64,000 nt of DNA from a virus, in IMG/VR virus record IMGVR_UViG_3300021171_000006, positions 1-64,000 of that record; one strand, 5' to 3'. Below are positions 33,403-43,419 of the stretch, piece by piece. The notes below the pieces were generated by a model. It had not been told where the DNA came from. It saw nothing but the letters and a program-made list of their open reading frames with translations, and searched no databases. How positions within the stretch are numbered: the first letter of the stretch is position 1; every line of letters begins with the position of its first letter. The position numbers and the translations under genes were made by a program.

Positions 33403-35994
33403 ATGAAGCGTTTAGCAATAGCGCTTCTCGCGCTGTTTTTATTCGGCCACGCGGCGCTCGCGCAGCTTACCAATTATGCTAACACGACGCTATCGAATGC
33501 TGCGCTGCCCAACGCGCGCGCCAACCTTGGCTTCCTCAACTACGTCTCCGTCACGGACCCGGCCTATGGGGCGAAGTGCGACGGGGCGACGGACGACTCG
33601 GCGGCGATCCAGACGGCGGCGAATGCCGTCCCGGCAGGCGGCATCTTGCTGCTCCCCGCCGGGAAGCAATGCAATTACGGCACGACACTGACCCTCGCCC
33701 TCGGGATCAATATCAAGAGCGACGGCCCGCAATCGTCGGGGCAACTCTTCTGGACCGGCGACGCGACCTCCGATCATATCGTCATCGCGAGTGGCATCGG
33801 TCCGTTCCAGGCGGCGGATGTCCGCATGGTCGCGACGGCGGGGGCGACCTACTCCGTCAACGACACGATCACGCTGAACGATGGTTGTGGCACTCATGCC
33901 ATTGTGAAGGTTGCCAGAGTGTCGGGTACAGGCGTCGCCGATGCCCGGATCACCACGGTTGGTTCTTGCACGAGCCAGCCATCCCCGACGACCGCAATTA
34001 CGCAATTGTCGTCATCCGGCTCCGGCACCGGGGCGACGTTCAAGGTCTTCTACGGTTCGCAGACGACGAAAGTCTATGAGCCGGAATTTCATAACGTCAT
34101 CCTCGGCAGCACGACGACGATGACCTCGGGCTGCGTGATCCGCGCCGATTACGCCGGGTATCTCGTCTTCGACAACTCGCGGATTTACGGAGCCAGAAAG
34201 ACGTGGCGCGGCATCTGCATGTCGCGGGTCATCACCGCGCACATCGGGCACAATTCCTTGATCGACAACCTGCTTGGCGAATCCATCGTCATGTCAGGGA
34301 CGGATACGGCTGGAAATCAGTCATCCGACGTCATGCTCGACCATTTGGAGTTGCAGGGGTGCAATCTTGCCATCGCGTCGAAGGCCGCCGCGCTACTGAC
34401 CGGGTGTATCCTGCACGGGGATAATACGGACGGGATCTTTGTCACGCATACGGAGGTATACGGGTCATTCCTGGGGTACGCTGTCTACTTTGGCGCTGTG
34501 AACGGAGCGGCAAGCACACATTCGCTGTACTTCTTCAACGACTTCAATGTCGAGGCGGCGGGAACGTGGTCGGGCTCAATCAGCGGGACGAACTATAATA
34601 ACATCTACCTCTCGGGCGGCTCCTGGATCGGGGCGAACAACATCGACGCCATCCACTTTCCCGCTGGAGCGACGCAACTCCAGATCGACCCGAGCGTCCT
34701 CATCTACTCGAACACGACCGATGCGTCGTCGCCAAACGGCATCTATGTGAACGGGACGGATGTCAGCATCGCCGGGACGATCATCGGAAACTATAACGGG
34801 GGCGGTGTGCTGGGCGCGGGCGTCTATCTCGACAGCTCGTCCAGCTACGTCTTCATCGGATCGACGGCCTCGATCCGCCAGTTCGCAGCCGGAGTGCAGG
34901 GCAATAGCGCGGTCGGCGTCTACACGCTCGATGCGGTCATGCAGAGCAATACGGCGGATCTGTCTGGCATTACCTGCACCGCTTTCGCCCGCCCGCTCAC
35001 GAACGCGATCTCGTCGAGCGTGACCTCGCTCTGCCCGAACTGGTCCACGACCGGGACGCTCGCGGCCGGCGGGGCGGTCTCGCTCGGGTCCACGACGAAC
35101 TTCCTCGGTGGTGCGACGGGAGTCACGATCACCGGGGCCAATTCCGGCGTCACCTTTGCCACCGTAAATCAATATCTGGCGAGCAACATCTACTATAACG
35201 GCGGCTGGAAATATGCCGCCAACGGCACGGGTCTTGTGTTCGCCTTGTCAACCACCTCGACGAATGCGATGGACATCTACACGGCGGCGAACAACGCGGG
35301 CGGAGCGGGTGCCGCCGCGTCGCTGACGACAGCGGCTCATGTCATCGCGAGCAGCAACGAGTGGGATTTCCCTGGCATCGTGACTGCTGGCGGTACGATC
35401 ACGGGGACCAACCTCATTCCATCGGGGTCGGCGGCTCCGACCGTGGGCATGGGGCTGCCGGCGGCAGGTAAGCTCGGCCTCTACGGCACGACGAGCGAGT
35501 TGTTTTCCGGTGCGACGGACATCTGGGACTATGGCGTGACGACAGCGAGCGTGCTGACCCTGCCGGTGGCGACGACGCTTTCGAGCGCAAACGTGCTGCT
35601 GACGGGCATCACAACCGGGACGAATGCCGATTTCCTGTGCCGAGCCGCCACCGGGGCGGTCCTTTTGCAGACCTCAGCCTGCACGATTTCGTCGATGCGG
35701 TTCAAGAACCTGATGGGAAACTATCTCGACGATCCGCTCAAGGCTATCGGGGGATTGCACCCCATCGTCTTCACACGCAAGCGTGACGTGGAACACCCCG
35801 ATCCTGATTGGAATGCATATCAGCCGCAGATTGGTCTCTCCGCCGAGAATGTAGCGGCAATCGAGCCCAAATGTGCGATCTATGAGCAGGATGGGAAGAC
35901 GCCAAAATCCTATCGGCAGGAATGCCTAATCGCAGTTTTAGTTTCTGCCGTGCAAAGACAGCAGGCAGAAATCGCCGAACTCAAACATCATTAA
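33403..35994 (+). CDS. Tailspike/fibre with beta-helix, C-terminal S74 intramolecular chaperone and signal peptide
   Basis: ALA/Q; YGAKCDGATDDSAAIQ; SSMRFKN...IGLSAENV...LVSAVQRQQAEI. Confidence 0.8.
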   Translation: MKRLAIALLALFLFGHAALAQLTNYANTTLSNAALPNARANLGFLNYVSVTDPAYGAKCDGATDDSAAIQTAANAVPAGGILLLPAGKQCNYGTTLTLALGINIKSDGPQSSGQLFWTGDATSDHIVIASGIGPFQAADVRMVATAGATYSVNDTITLNDGCGTHAIVKVARVSGTGVADARITTVGSCTSQPSPTTAITQLSSSGSGTGATFKVFYGSQTTKVYEPEFHNVILGSTTTMTSGCVIRADYAGYLVFDNSRIYGARKTWRGICMSRVITAHIGHNSLIDNLLGESIVMSGTDTAGNQSSDVMLDHLELQGCNLAIASKAAALLTGCILHGDNTDGIFVTHTEVYGSFLGYAVYFGAVNGAASTHSLYFFNDFNVEAAGTWSGSISGTNYNNIYLSGGSWIGANNIDAIHFPAGATQLQIDPSVLIYSNTTDASSPNGIYVNGTDVSIAGTIIGNYNGGGVLGAGVYLDSSSSYVFIGSTASIRQFAAGVQGNSAVGVYTLDAVMQSNTADLSGITCTAFARPLTNAISSSVTSLCPNWSTTGTLAAGGAVSLGSTTNFLGGATGVTITGANSGVTFATVNQYLASNIYYNGGWKYAANGTGLVFALSTTSTNAMDIYTAANNAGGAGAAASLTTAAHVIASSNEWDFPGIVTAGGTITGTNLIPSGSAAPTVGMGLPAAGKLGLYGTTSELFSGATDIWDYGVTTASVLTLPVATTLSSANVLLTGITTGTNADFLCRAATGAVLLQTSACTISSMRFKNLMGNYLDDPLKAIGGLHPIVFTRKRDVEHPDPDWNAYQPQIGLSAENVAAIEPKCAIYEQDGKTPKSYRQECLIAVLVSAVQRQQAEIAELKHH

Positions 35995-36124
35995 CGAATG
36001 GTCTCGCTAGTCGCCACGCTCGTCCTACCCTTCGCGGCGGCGGCCTGCTGCTCCCCGTTTGCCGTGCCTGTCGCGGCAGCTTTGGCTCTCGTGCTGGCGC
36101 AGTATCAGCGAATGGCGATGTAGC

Positions 36125-36661
36125 ATGGACCCTACCGTTGAGATAGCCATCATCGGCTCGCTGAGCGTCACGGCGGCAGCATTGTCTCCGATCGTCCAAG
36201 CTCGTATAGCGAACAGGCAGCGGCAGAGGGAGCGCGACGAGGATAGAGCCGACCGCAAAGAAGTGGCGGCCAAGGTGGACGCGGCGGCAGATCAAGCACG
36301 GGAAGCCGCCCGCCTCCTGTCCGATGCACAGCAGGTTACGATATCGAAAACCGATGAGGTTGCGACGGAAGCCAAGGCGGCGACGGCCGAAACCCGAAGC
36401 CAGTTGAAACAGATCCATACTCTTGTCAACAGCGACATGACCGCTGCCCGGCAGGGTGAGTTGGATCAGGTGAGGCTAAACCTTACCACGCTTCGTAAGG
36501 TGGTATTGCTTGGCGCGGAGATGGGGCGTCCGCCGGCCGATGAAGATAGCGTGGCCATCGAGACCGCCGAAGCCAGGATCAAAGAATTGGAAGGGATTTT
36601 GGCTGATCGGCTATCGCAGATGCGGGTTATTGAGGCTGAGGCCGACGTTGGCAAATCGTGA
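36125..36661 (+). CDS. Membrane-anchored coiled-coil protein (lysis region)
   Basis: N-terminal TM plus coiled coil. Confidence 0.55.
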   Translation: MDPTVEIAIIGSLSVTAAALSPIVQARIANRQRQRERDEDRADRKEVAAKVDAAADQAREAARLLSDAQQVTISKTDEVATEAKAATAETRSQLKQIHTLVNSDMTAARQGELDQVRLNLTTLRKVVLLGAEMGRPPADEDSVAIETAEARIKELEGILADRLSQMRVIEAEADVGKS

Positions 36662-36799
36662 AAGCATCGTGATTTTCACGGAATTTTCACACAAAATCAA
36701 CGACCTTGTGTTAGTAACAATGTGAGAGTCTGAGGACGGCCGATGTTCGACGGCGTTGTGATAGGGTGCGAACCGATGCGATCTGATGGGTCTCAGGAT

Positions 36800-37180
36800 A
36801 TGACCGACCCGCGCACCGTCATCGCACAGTCGGAACGTCTCGCCGTTGTGGAGACGAAAGTGGAGGGGCTGAAGGAAGATACGGGGGTTATCAGGTCTAA
36901 TATTCATGTCGTCAATAACGTATTACAGCAAATTATTTCGATGGAGCAGAGGTGCGAAACCAAACTCAGCGAGTTAATAGCATTGACGAAAGACCTTCCG
37001 ACCATAGCGAGAACTGCCAATTCGTTTTCGGAAATGAAGGATGAGATTGAGGCGATGATCGACGAGCGCCAGCAGCGTCAGGGGGCGTGGAGGGCCATTG
37101 TACGGATGGGGGCCGCCCTTGTTGGTGCCGCATCAATCGGAGCCTGTGCCGCGGCGTGGTATTACGGACACTTCCATTGA
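36800..37180 (+). CDS. Coiled-coil protein with C-terminal TM (holin/antiholin-like)
   Basis: RLAVVETKV; C-terminal TM. Confidence 0.55.
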   Translation: MTDPRTVIAQSERLAVVETKVEGLKEDTGVIRSNIHVVNNVLQQIISMEQRCETKLSELIALTKDLPTIARTANSFSEMKDEIEAMIDERQQRQGAWRAIVRMGAALVGAASIGACAAAWYYGHFH

Positions 37181-37473
37181 GCGATCCGAAGGGCGAGCCC
37201 TACGTTGTCCGCCAGCCTGTCGCCCCCGCATGGAAGCGTTTTCATCGGCGTGGCGATTTCTGGCGCAACCCCATCATCGTAGCCGTGGTCGCAGGCCTGC
37301 TGATTAACGTGGTTTGGGCGGCGGGGGTCTACGCTTGGCAGCGCGGCATCGAAACCACCAGGGAATATTGGAGGAGTTACGGTGCCGGGCTCGCCGCCGA
37401 GGGGCACTACACCAACAGCCCCGATAAGCTGCGCGAGATCATCGCCCGCGTCCAGGAGGCTAGGCCAAAGTGA
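37177..37473 (+). CDS. Small membrane protein
   Basis: One TM; overlap coupling. Confidence 0.45.
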   Translation: MSDPKGEPYVVRQPVAPAWKRFHRRGDFWRNPIIVAVVAGLLINVVWAAGVYAWQRGIETTREYWRSYGAGLAAEGHYTNSPDKLREIIARVQEARPK

Positions 37474-37704
37474 ACTCGCACAACTTCCCCGAGGGCGCTG
37501 CGTCGCCTGCGGAACCCTTCGCACGCAGTTCGAGCACGCGCCGGACAAGAGCCCGTGCCCGTATGCTAAACCGCCGAGCGGGTTGCGACCCGAGCCAGCC
37601 GAGCATCGGTACGCTGTGAATGACCAAGCGACGATCGCCGCGCGACTGATCGAACTGCGGGCAGAGCAAGAGGCGTCTTGGAACACGATTGAAGGGGAGA
37701 CAGG

Positions 37705-38148
37705 ATGACGCGCTCAATTAACTCGGACGGTCTCGAAATCATCAAATCGGGCGAAGGGTTGCGCCTCACGGCCTATCTCGACCCGGCGGGCATCTGGACG
37801 ATTGGCTACGGGCATACCCCCGCTCACCAGGGGCAGGTAGTCACGCAAGACCAGGCGGACGCGCTGCTCATCTCGGATATTGCTTGGGCTTCCGCAGCGA
37901 TCGACAGCGCAACCCATGATGTAAGCACGACAGACAACCAATTTTCTGCTATGGTAAGCCTTGCGTTCAACATTGGTGCCGGTGCGTTCAAGGGATCTAC
38001 GGTTTTGCGGCTTCATCGGGCGATGAAATATCAGGGTGCTGCAGATGCCTTCCTCCGCTGGGACAAGGCCCACGTCGATGGGGTGCTTGTGACCCTCGCT
38101 GGCCTAGCGAAGCGCCGGGAGCAAGAACGGGAGTTGTATCTGAAATGA
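37705..38148 (+). CDS. Endolysin, GH24 lysozyme
   Basis: EGLRLTAYLDPAGIWTIGYGHT...FNIG...GL.KRREQE. Confidence 0.92.
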   Translation: MTRSINSDGLEIIKSGEGLRLTAYLDPAGIWTIGYGHTPAHQGQVVTQDQADALLISDIAWASAAIDSATHDVSTTDNQFSAMVSLAFNIGAGAFKGSTVLRLHRAMKYQGAADAFLRWDKAHVDGVLVTLAGLAKRREQERELYLK

Positions 38149-38417
38149 GTGATGCAGAACAGCACGAACCCGATGGGATGGCGGCCTACGCTTTGGCCAT
38201 CAAAAACTCTAGCCGAGACGATCCGAATTGGCCCTTACCATCCTTTGATGCGAAGGATTGGGCCGAAGCGTTTTGCAAGACGGCGGCAAAGTTGGGGCAT
38301 CCCGGCATCGACGAGGAGTGGATGATCGGGTGGTTCGCCAATGCTCTGATGCGCGGCTACGATGAGGCGAACATGCGAACGTCAAGGGCCGCATCGGAGG
38401 CTAAGCGCGCGCTATGA
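38145..38417 (+). CDS. Hypothetical phage protein
   Basis: FDAKDWA..F...WFANALMRGYD; coupled. Confidence 0.6.
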   Translation: MSDAEQHEPDGMAAYALAIKNSSRDDPNWPLPSFDAKDWAEAFCKTAAKLGHPGIDEEWMIGWFANALMRGYDEANMRTSRAASEAKRAL

Positions 38418-38812
38418 ACCCCTCCCAACAACAGATCAACAGCGCCGTCCGCACGCTCCTCGCCACATTGGGCGGCTTGGTCGCCGGATGGGCAATCGCC
38501 AAGGGGTACATTACTCAATCCGAGGCGGACTCGATCCTCTCCAATCAGCAGGTTATGGATTCGGTAACGACCGTCGTTCTCACGCTGCTAGGTTCAGCCG
38601 GAGCGGCTGGCGTCGGCATCTGGGGCCTCGTCGCCCACAAGCAGGCGAACGTTGTCGCAACTGTCGCCGCGATGCCCGAGGTGAACAAGGTCGAGATGGT
38701 GTCTACCGCAGCGGGGCTCAATCTCGCGGCAGCGGTCCCTTCGGCGCCGGGGTCGGTCGTGACGGTAGCCCCGCCATCAGCGATGCCGCCCCTGGGCAGC
38801 GTGGTAGCATAG
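38414..38812 (+). CDS. Putative holin
   Basis: Two TMs; near endolysin. Confidence 0.6.
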   Translation: MNPSQQQINSAVRTLLATLGGLVAGWAIAKGYITQSEADSILSNQQVMDSVTTVVLTLLGSAGAAGVGIWGLVAHKQANVVATVAAMPEVNKVEMVSTAAGLNLAAAVPSAPGSVVTVAPPSAMPPLGSVVA

Positions 38813-38823
38813 GAGAACCCCGT

Positions 38824-38991
38824 ATGGGTCAATTCCTCTTGGTGCTTGCTGACGTCCTTCTACTGGTCGCGTCTTTCATCTATCGGCCAAATCCTACGCC
38901 GCTCCACCCCCTCTTCCCCCACCTGGGATGGTTCGGGCTGTTCCTCTATGTGCTGGTCGCAGCCCTCGGAGCCTTCGGCATCGGTCGATGA
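38824..38991 (+). CDS. Small membrane protein
   Basis: AGGAG RBS; two TMs. Confidence 0.6.
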   Translation: MGQFLLVLADVLLLVASFIYRPNPTPLHPLFPHLGWFGLFLYVLVAALGAFGIGR

Positions 38992-39128
38992 ACCCGCTCA
39001 TTCTGATCCTGCTCGTCCTCCTCCTTGTGGGAGGCTTCGGCGGCGGCACCTACTACGGCGGCATGCACGTCGGCGGCGGGATCGGGCTCGTGCTGCTGGT
39101 CGTGATTATCATTTTGCTGTTTCGCTGA
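38988..39128 (+). CDS. DUF3309-like small membrane protein
   Basis: ILLVLLLVGG...GGGIGLVLLVVIIILL. Confidence 0.65.
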   Translation: MNPLILILLVLLLVGGFGGGTYYGGMHVGGGIGLVLLVVIIILLFR

Positions 39129-39230
39129 AAGGACCAACGCCGTGCGCCAACTCCTTGAGAAGATCCGCCGCCTGCTCACAGAGAAACGGCGTGCCGCTCC
39201 CGTGGCGGCTACAGCCTGAAAGGAAATGCC

Positions 39231-39728
39231 ATGACCCAAATCTCTCGCCGTGCGCTGCTGAGTTCGACAGCAATGATCCCGGTGGCGATCGCCGTAGATG
39301 GCTGCGCCGGCCTTACCTCCCTCCCGCAGTTCGCGACCGATGTCGAGAACATCGCCGGCATGCTCAGCAACGCCGCGCCGACACTCGGGACGCTGGCCGG
39401 GATCGGATCGGCCACGATTGCGAAGGTGCAGGGGCTTATCGCCACGGCGAAGACCGTTGCCGCCTCGGTCACGGCAGCGGCAGCGGCGGGCGGCTCCGGC
39501 ATCGGAGCGCTCGTCTCGGATTTCGCTGGCGTCTTCGGCTCGATCACGGCGGCTCTGGGAGTGAACGTTCCGGGCCTGTGGGGGACGGTCATCTCTGCCG
39601 GCGTGTCGCTGCTGCCGAGCATTCTGGGCGCAGCCGGCATTCCCCTGGCTGCCGGTCCCGGTGCTCCCGCCCCCACGATGCCCGTAGCGCAGGCGCGGGC
39701 GATCGCTGCGGCGCTGGCGGGTAAATGA
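39231..39728 (+). CDS. Tat-signal putative lipoprotein
   Basis: ISRRALL...VDGC. Confidence 0.6.
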   Translation: MTQISRRALLSSTAMIPVAIAVDGCAGLTSLPQFATDVENIAGMLSNAAPTLGTLAGIGSATIAKVQGLIATAKTVAASVTAAAAAGGSGIGALVSDFAGVFGSITAALGVNVPGLWGTVISAGVSLLPSILGAAGIPLAAGPGAPAPTMPVAQARAIAAALAGK

Positions 39729-39925
39729 TCCGCGCGCTCGTCCTGCTCGCCCCGCTGGCGCTCAGCGGGTGCGGGCTCGCACCAACGCTGATCCTGTCCA
39801 TCGTCGGAGCCGGGTTGGAGTTCGGCGACAAGGTTCTGCAATTGGACCTGAGCGTGCAGCAGAACCAGCCGAACAAGTTGCCGATCTCCGCCATCGTCGC
39901 GCCGCAGCCGATGAGGACGCCATGA
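39725..39925 (+). CDS. Small lipoprotein
   Basis: LSGC lipobox. Confidence 0.55.
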   Translation: MIRALVLLAPLALSGCGLAPTLILSIVGAGLEFGDKVLQLDLSVQQNQPNKLPISAIVAPQPMRTP

Positions 39926-40131
39926 GTGCACCTGTGGTCTGGTTTATCGTGATGAGCAGTTGTAGCAACTGCGCTGGTGATCCAGGAATTTTCCCCGGTT
40001 TCCAGGCACACTACGACAAGACCTATGTCGAAATGCCGTCGCAAGAAGCCTGCCTGGAAGCGCAGAAGCTGAATACCGGATCAGAGTGCTGGGCACGGCC
40101 AGGCACACCCAACGACATCAAATCTCGGTGA
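39922..40131 (+). CDS. Small Cys-containing hypothetical protein
   Basis: ATGA coupling. Confidence 0.45.
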   Translation: MSAPVVWFIVMSSCSNCAGDPGIFPGFQAHYDKTYVEMPSQEACLEAQKLNTGSECWARPGTPNDIKSR

Positions 40132-40135
40132 TGCC

Positions 40136-40351
40136 ATGAACCCCGACATCCTCGGCACGGAGGCGGCTACGACGGTCGCCCGCACCGTTGCGCTTGCCCT
40201 GCTGCTCGCCCTTGCGGCATGTCAGGCGACGACGCCTGCCCCTCGTGGTCCCGATATGCCGCAGGCTACCGGTGCGGGGCAGTATGAGCCGGGGTTCCAT
40301 GCGTTTTGTCTCGCAAACCCGGCCGAGCCAGCCTGTCACTTAGGAAGGTAG
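40136..40351 (+). CDS. Small lipoprotein
   Basis: LAAC lipobox. Confidence 0.55.
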   Translation: MNPDILGTEAATTVARTVALALLLALAACQATTPAPRGPDMPQATGAGQYEPGFHAFCLANPAEPACHLGR

Positions 40352-40363
40352 GTCATGCGTTTT

Positions 40364-40382
40364 TATTGTGTCTTAATGGAGA
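40364..40382 (+). repeat. 19-bp repeat TATTGTGTCTTAATGGAGA, copy 1 (dif-like site)
   Basis: Identical to 60274-60292. Confidence 0.7.
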
Positions 40383-40391
40383 CGTTACCCC

Positions 40392-40778
40392 ATGAGCACC
40401 CCTCAATGGTTCGCCGAGTTTGAGCGGCAAGAGGCGATGCGCGATGAACGTATAGATATCATCCGAGGCGATATGGAGCGTCGGAAGAGCCTGCGCCATT
40501 TTGGCGATCCATGCGTTCATTGTGGAATAACTCACGACGACGTTGCACCAGGCCCGTGTCTCGGCGATCCCACCAAAGCGGTAGTGGTTGCCTATTGCGT
40601 ATGGCGGCAAGCGTACCAAAACCCAGGAAGCGGCTGCGATACGATACGGTGCGCAATGAGCGATGGAACCATTAAAGACGACGCGAGGCACCCGGCCGAA
40701 CACTGGCCATACAACGTTTGGTTTGCGCGAGCCCGCGTGCTCTCTCGCACCGAATTTCAAAAGTTATATCCCCGTTAA
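40392..40778 (+). CDS. Accessory hypothetical protein (lower GC)
   Basis: GGAG RBS; flanked by dif-like sites. Confidence 0.6.
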   Translation: MSTPQWFAEFERQEAMRDERIDIIRGDMERRKSLRHFGDPCVHCGITHDDVAPGPCLGDPTKAVVVAYCVWRQAYQNPGSGCDTIRCAMSDGTIKDDARHPAEHWPYNVWFARARVLSRTEFQKLYPR

Positions 40779-40789
40779 GGTCCATTAAA

Positions 40790-41188
40790 ATGCCCGCTTC
40801 CCAAGAGCAACTGTCCCAACTCACGGCCACCAACGCGAGCGTGAACGCTGTGCCCTACGTTGCGGATAATCCGGCATTCGGCGAGTTGCCAGATACGTGG
40901 AAGGTCCGCCCCGATGGAAAGGGGTTTTTATGTCGGGACTACGCCATCGCCAAAGCGACTGAGTTGGTCGACCAGGGGTGGCCGAAAGCTGATCTCTCGG
41001 TCGTGCTCTGCTACGACGAGTTGGGGGATTATCACGCTGTCTTGGCTGCCGAGGCTGGCGGAGAGACATGGATCCTCGACAACCGCTACCCGAAGCCGTA
41101 TCGCTGGGACGAGCCCCCGTACCCGTACAAATGGGCGCTGCGCCAAGTTGCGGGAACGGACGAGTTCCGGGATATATCGCAGGCATGA
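40790..41188 (+). CDS. Transglutaminase-like cysteine protease (BTLCP/LapG-like)
   Basis: CRDYAIAK...HAVL...ILDNR catalytic triad. Confidence 0.8.
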   Translation: MPASQEQLSQLTATNASVNAVPYVADNPAFGELPDTWKVRPDGKGFLCRDYAIAKATELVDQGWPKADLSVVLCYDELGDYHAVLAAEAGGETWILDNRYPKPYRWDEPPYPYKWALRQVAGTDEFRDISQA

Positions 41189-41868
41189 AGCGTCCCCTCG
41201 CCATCTTCCTCCTCGCTGCGCTCGCCGGCTGTGGCAGCGGCGGCGGCCCTCCACCTCCCCCTCCGCCCGTCGTCACCATCCCGGATCTCTCCGTGTACCT
41301 GGTGGGAGACGGCGCCTTCTCGGACGGCCAGGATCAGGTCGAGTACAGCTTTTCGGACCCTCGCGGTTTCTGGGTCACGGCATGGACCTACCCGACCCAT
41401 CCGGCAGATAACGGGGGCGAGGTCTACGTGAGCGACGGCACGACCGTCTCGATTTGCTGCACCCAGGACGGCAGTCAGCCGGGCATCCAGCGCTTCGCCG
41501 AGTGGGGCTTGTTCAACAAATACACGATCCCTTGCTCGCAAGGCTGGACGCAGGTGGATTCCCTCGGGCGCGCGTGCGAGGCTACCGTGACATATCCGGG
41601 CGGCCTCGTCGCCGACTCGATCATCAGCGAGCACTACAGCCAGCCTACTCAAGGCGGCGATATGGAGCGGTTCTACTTCGCCAGGGGGCGTAAAACCTGG
41701 GAGGCGTATAACTTCGCCGCACCGCGTGATGGAATGCCGCTTGTTGGGCCGACTGGTGGGCCGCCGGTCGATGCCGGTGTCAGGCCGTTGTCGGATCGCC
41801 GGGTGCTCACTATTCCGGTCGCCGGGACTCCGGGAACGGACTGGCCGCCGACGGGATTCGTGCCGTGA
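41185..41868 (+). CDS. Lipoprotein
   Basis: LAGC lipobox; Pro linker. Confidence 0.65.
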   Translation: MKRPLAIFLLAALAGCGSGGGPPPPPPPVVTIPDLSVYLVGDGAFSDGQDQVEYSFSDPRGFWVTAWTYPTHPADNGGEVYVSDGTTVSICCTQDGSQPGIQRFAEWGLFNKYTIPCSQGWTQVDSLGRACEATVTYPGGLVADSIISEHYSQPTQGGDMERFYFARGRKTWEAYNFAAPRDGMPLVGPTGGPPVDAGVRPLSDRRVLTIPVAGTPGTDWPPTGFVP

Positions 41869-42089
41869 GCGTCATCCTACAATCGTGGCCGCTGCAACTC
41901 ACCATCGTGTTCGTGATCGCCGGCAGCGTCTTTGCAGCGCATGAGGGTTGGGCACTCATCACCCATCGCCAGACCCTCACCGAATGGATCAGGGCGACGA
42001 CCAAGCGCTTCCCGATCTTCATTTTTTTGACGGGCGCTTTCGTAGGATGGTTTTTCCAGCACTTATGGGGTTCTCCGCCTTGCCAATGA
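41865..42089 (+). CDS. Small membrane protein
   Basis: Two TMs; coupled. Confidence 0.55.
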   Translation: MSVILQSWPLQLTIVFVIAGSVFAAHEGWALITHRQTLTEWIRATTKRFPIFIFLTGAFVGWFFQHLWGSPPCQ

Positions 42090-42856
42090 TCGACAAATTG
42101 CCAACGTCAATGACGGCGGCAAAGGCAATAAAGGCACCATTTTACTATACGGGCAGACCCTGCTCGCGCGGGCATTTAGCTAAACGCCGCACGGGGAATG
42201 GCACATGCAGTGCATGTAAAAATGCGTGGCGACCAACAGTGTTTCGGGATGCTGTCGCTAAAGCCTGTGCAAAATGTGGAGAAGTTAAACCGCCCAGCGA
42301 ATTTTATGATCATCCGGTAGCTAAAGATCGGAAACAAGGGAGTTGTCGGCAATGTGTTGCCATCGCTCATCGATTGCGGATGGAACGCCCCGGCATTCGA
42401 GAAAAACGCAATGCATATTTTCGGGAATATGGGAGGACGCCGCATAGGCGGGAGCGGCAGGCTATTGCTGTGCGAAAGCCCGAGAGACTTGCGAAGGTCA
42501 AAGAATATAATCAACGTCCAGAGGTGAAAGAGAGGGTGGCTAGGGGAGCGCGCGCGAGACGTGCTCTAAATCCCCTCCCGCATCGGGCGGATAGTAAAAA
42601 CCGTAAGGCGCTTAAGCGGGCTGGGCGCAGTAGTGTCTCAACGAAGCAGATAGTTGAGCTTCTGGCCCTCGCCAAAAAGTGCCCCGACTGCGGTCGGCGG
42701 TTCTGCAAAGCGCGACCAAAGACCATCGATCATGTGATGGCGCTCTCGCGTGGCGGAGAGCACCGGATCGATAACCTCCGGGTGATCTGCGGCTCCTGTA
42801 ATTCAAGCAAGAGCGCGAGAGCATTCTCATCAAATGGTCAGGGGATTCTCCTTTGA
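42086..42856 (+). CDS. HNH homing endonuclease
   Basis: YYTGRPCSRGH; CPDCG..TIDHVMALSRGG.H.IDNL..CGSCNSSK. Confidence 0.85.
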   Translation: MIDKLPTSMTAAKAIKAPFYYTGRPCSRGHLAKRRTGNGTCSACKNAWRPTVFRDAVAKACAKCGEVKPPSEFYDHPVAKDRKQGSCRQCVAIAHRLRMERPGIREKRNAYFREYGRTPHRRERQAIAVRKPERLAKVKEYNQRPEVKERVARGARARRALNPLPHRADSKNRKALKRAGRSSVSTKQIVELLALAKKCPDCGRRFCKARPKTIDHVMALSRGGEHRIDNLRVICGSCNSSKSARAFSSNGQGILL

Positions 42857-42937
42857 CACATCTCTATGGCGGGATGCCTTGCACATGACGATCTTCGACG
42901 GCGCAGAGGACGACTGGACCGAAACCGAGCGCCGGGA

Positions 42938-43198
42938 TCACAGCGGGTCGATCCCCGCTTCGTCGGCCATCATAAGCCAATCACGGATAGCCTCTCGACT
43001 ATCGAGGCGGTCGATCCATGCGCGAAGTTCGTCAATGCTAGGCCCCCGCCACGACGGCGCAGCAATCCACTGCCGAAGGTATGCCCGCATCGCGGCGACG
43101 TGGGTGCTCGACATTTCGGTGCCCGTGAGATAGGCCTCGACGGCGGGGCGCAAAGCTCCGCTTGTTTCGTTCATCCAATAGCCCGGCGCATCGATCAC
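42938..43198 (-). CDS. Hypothetical protein
   Basis: GTGA coupling. Confidence 0.55.
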   Translation of the reverse strand: MIDAPGYWMNETSGALRPAVEAYLTGTEMSSTHVAAMRAYLRQWIAAPSWRGPSIDELRAWIDRLDSREAIRDWLMMADEAGIDPL

Positions 43199-43419
43199 GC
43201 CAACCCGCCGATCCTGGCGCACCATTCCCTCCGGTGCTCCTCGCTGAAGAACCAGAAGGTCACCGCCGAGTCGCTGTCGTCGAGCGCATTCGGCGCGGTT
43301 AGATCTTCCGGGGATTTGAGGAAGATCCTGATGCCGACGAAATCGCCGGATTGGGTGCGCTTCGATACGAGCTCGACGCGACCTGTGATCTCCTCGGCGT
43401 AGCAATTCAGACGGCTCAT
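43195..43419 (-). CDS. Hypothetical protein
   Basis: GAGG RBS; coupled. Confidence 0.55.
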   Translation of the reverse strand: MSRLNCYAEEITGRVELVSKRTQSGDFVGIRIFLKSPEDLTAPNALDDSDSAVTFWFFSEEHRREWCARIGGLA

